Source: an uncultured Gemmatimonadales bacterium
GTDB taxonomy: Bacteria > Gemmatimonadota > Gemmatimonadetes > Gemmatimonadales > GWC2-71-9
Length of the DNA: 64,000 bases
Assembly: GCA_963842945.1 (NCBI GenBank)
Contig: CAWJIM010000021.1
Location: 308,853-372,852 of the forward strand
Reading direction: 5' to 3'
The translations under genes and the position numbers were made by a program. The notes beneath the pieces were generated by a model that had not been told where the DNA came from, made no database searches, and saw nothing but the letters and a program-made list of their open reading frames with translations. Below are positions 62,376-64,000 of the stretch, in pieces; the stretch's first letter is position 1; each line of letters opens with the position of its first letter.

Positions 62376-62645
62376 CTATTGATCTCGGTCGAAGTTCACT
62401 TTCTCCTCCCGTCGGCTTGGCGGATCTTCCACACGGACAGGGGAGCCACCACGGAACTCGAAATGCTCTGGTCGCAGCATCCGACTTGCCTGCCCGACGC
62501 CCGGATCCGATCTCCGCACTAGCCACACCATGAGCCGGTGTGCCATCGCACTAGCCGAATCCCAAACGCCGGGTTTAAGAGGAGGGTAGAGGTGAGCGAA
62601 TTCCGGCTTGAGCCGAGCTTCTCGTCTGCCGGGACGCGGACTCAC
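62376..62645 (-). CDS. Small hypothetical protein (REARLxPE..LYP..HFEFRG family)
   Basis: REARLKPEFAHLYPPLKPGVW...RMLRPEHFEFRGG. Confidence 0.7.
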   Translation of the reverse strand: MSPRPGRREARLKPEFAHLYPPLKPGVWDSASAMAHRLMVWLVRRSDPGVGQASRMLRPEHFEFRGGSPVRVEDPPSRREEKVNFDRDQ

Positions 62646-63370
62646 GGAACTTGAACTCGTTGCGTGTCCCGATTTCCCATTGTGCTCAGGCTCCCGAGCG
62701 ACGATGCGGCTCCTTGCTGGTTTGCCCTGCCGTAACCCGCACGCGCCTCGGGGTCGGGCCCAGAGGTGGTCGACTTTTACTGTGGGAGAACACCATATCG
62801 GGGAGTTTTATGGTGTGATAGGCCCCAGTTGCGACAAAATAGGCCCCTTTTGCGACATGTTCAGGGCGGCCCGTGGGGCCGAGTGATGTCGAACACTTCC
62901 CACACGGCACTAATCAGGGATCTGGGCAGGTGCGCCAGCTCAGCGTCGAAGGCAAGCATCTGGGACCGATCCCCGAGGGACCAGAAGCATCTGGGGGTTT
63001 AAGGCGGCCAGCACCGTCTCGAGGCAGCTGAAACGCAGCCGGTCGAGTGCAGGGCAAGCGCCAGCAGATCCCCTGTTTCCTGGCGGACATTCTGGTCATC
63101 TCCGAGGGCACAGGGCGGCGGATCGGTGCGGTGACTCCGCTACCAGGACCTGCGACCATCGGATGGCCCACACGGGAAGATTGCTTGGCCAGCGGCCACC
63201 GACAAATCCGGCAAGAGTTGGCTCACGCCCATAACGCCCGAGGTGCGAGCCAGCTATCCAAGATTGACGTGATCGGCCAGGGCTCGGCCCAGCCCCCTGT
63301 TCCCTACCCCGCGTGACCTGAGCCAGCCGACCGGGCGCAGCAAGTCTACTGGTCGGCGATCGTTACCGGA

Positions 63371-63889
63371 CTATTTGAAGGGTGTCTGCCCTCGTTCGGC
63401 CAAGGCCGGCGAAGCCAGAGGGGCCAAAACCCCGAGATTTTGACCCGAAACAATTAGGGTCCCAGTGACCACGGCGTTTCGCGAGATCACCTTCGTCTGC
63501 TCGTGAAACATGAATTGGTCGTTGGACCGGGAGCGGCTTACAGAGGACTCTCGGGGGCCTGTGCCAGTCCACACCAGGTCTACCCTGGCGGGTACCAGTG
63601 TACCGCTAGTCACGTCAGTCGCTATGATCGTCCCGTGTAAGGTCGCTCTGTCCAGATTGCCTCGTTCGTCGAAACTAAGTGCCTCGTCAACCGGAGCAGA
63701 AAAAGTAAAAGACGTTCCTGCCCCGCAGACATCTCCGGCCATTCCGTACAGAGAGTTGTTTGGTAGTTCTTTCGATGCCCGTAGCTGTCTGGGTTTGCTG
63801 ACTGGCTTCGTTGATGAAAATTCCAGTTTGAAGACAGGGCGGGTCTGCCTCCTCGCTGAAATTCGCGAAGGCGAATGTTCCGCGACCAT
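63371..63889 (-). CDS. Hypothetical protein, probably frameshifted; may start beyond the window edge
   Basis: Beta-rich ORF (VDLVWTGTG...RNAVVTGTL) in a lower-GC region. Confidence 0.4.
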   Translation of the reverse strand: MVAEHSPSRISARRQTRPVFKLEFSSTKPVSKPRQLRASKELPNNSLYGMAGDVCGAGTSFTFSAPVDEALSFDERGNLDRATLHGTIIATDVTSGTLVPARVDLVWTGTGPRESSVSRSRSNDQFMFHEQTKVISRNAVVTGTLIVSGQNLGVLAPLASPALAERGQTPFK

Positions 63890-64000
63890 GAGAATGGAAC
63901 TTGTCGCTCACCTTTGCACTAAGCGTTAGTGTTTCATTCGCTGCCGTCGGGACAGCATTGTCAGTGCAGGCAAGCTCGAGGCCAGCGAGCGCCGCCGCTG

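Noticed and set aside
62700..62732. Third GEMM-I riboswitch (minus-strand AGGGCAAACC)
   Set aside because: No GNRA-capped P2, GCAAAG junction or P3/CCGAA end follows.

Overview
High-GC bacterial chromosomal window. Gene content and style suggest Gemmatimonadota; this is an inference and no rRNA marker is present. 1-26 kb is mostly housekeeping: NAD-type isocitrate dehydrogenase, an SDR, cstA-ybdD, an MFS transporter, an ATP-grasp/DUF885/nucleotidyltransferase operon, an M1 peptidase, the F0+delta half of a split ATP synthase operon next to an IS200-like HUH transposase, and MoxR. 26-64 kb is accessory: antiporters, secreted hydrolases, a fluoride riboswitch-crcB unit, a copper/arsenic locus, Ser/Thr kinases and gene remnants. 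Many genes carry single-base frameshifts, probably assembly errors. The strongest signals are missing from or truncated in the ORF track: (1) a CPA1 antiporter-rhodanese fusion whose frame continues through an in-frame UGA (C-A-U) with a SECIS-like hairpin, a probable selenoprotein; (2) two GEMM-I riboswitches, one with the A20 signature of 3',3'-cGAMP sensors upstream of a ZU5-like lipoprotein and one G20 c-di-GMP type with an overlapping terminator; (3) a 37-aa, 11-Cys metallothionein-like gene heading a Cys-tailed ECF sigma / outer-membrane protein / DUF4396 module; (4) dispersed 7-, 8- and 9-mer tandem arrays, often in inverted pairs and sometimes translated; (5) three copies of a small REARLxPE..LYP..HFEFRG protein family; (6) Gln at +1 of nearly all predicted signal peptides.
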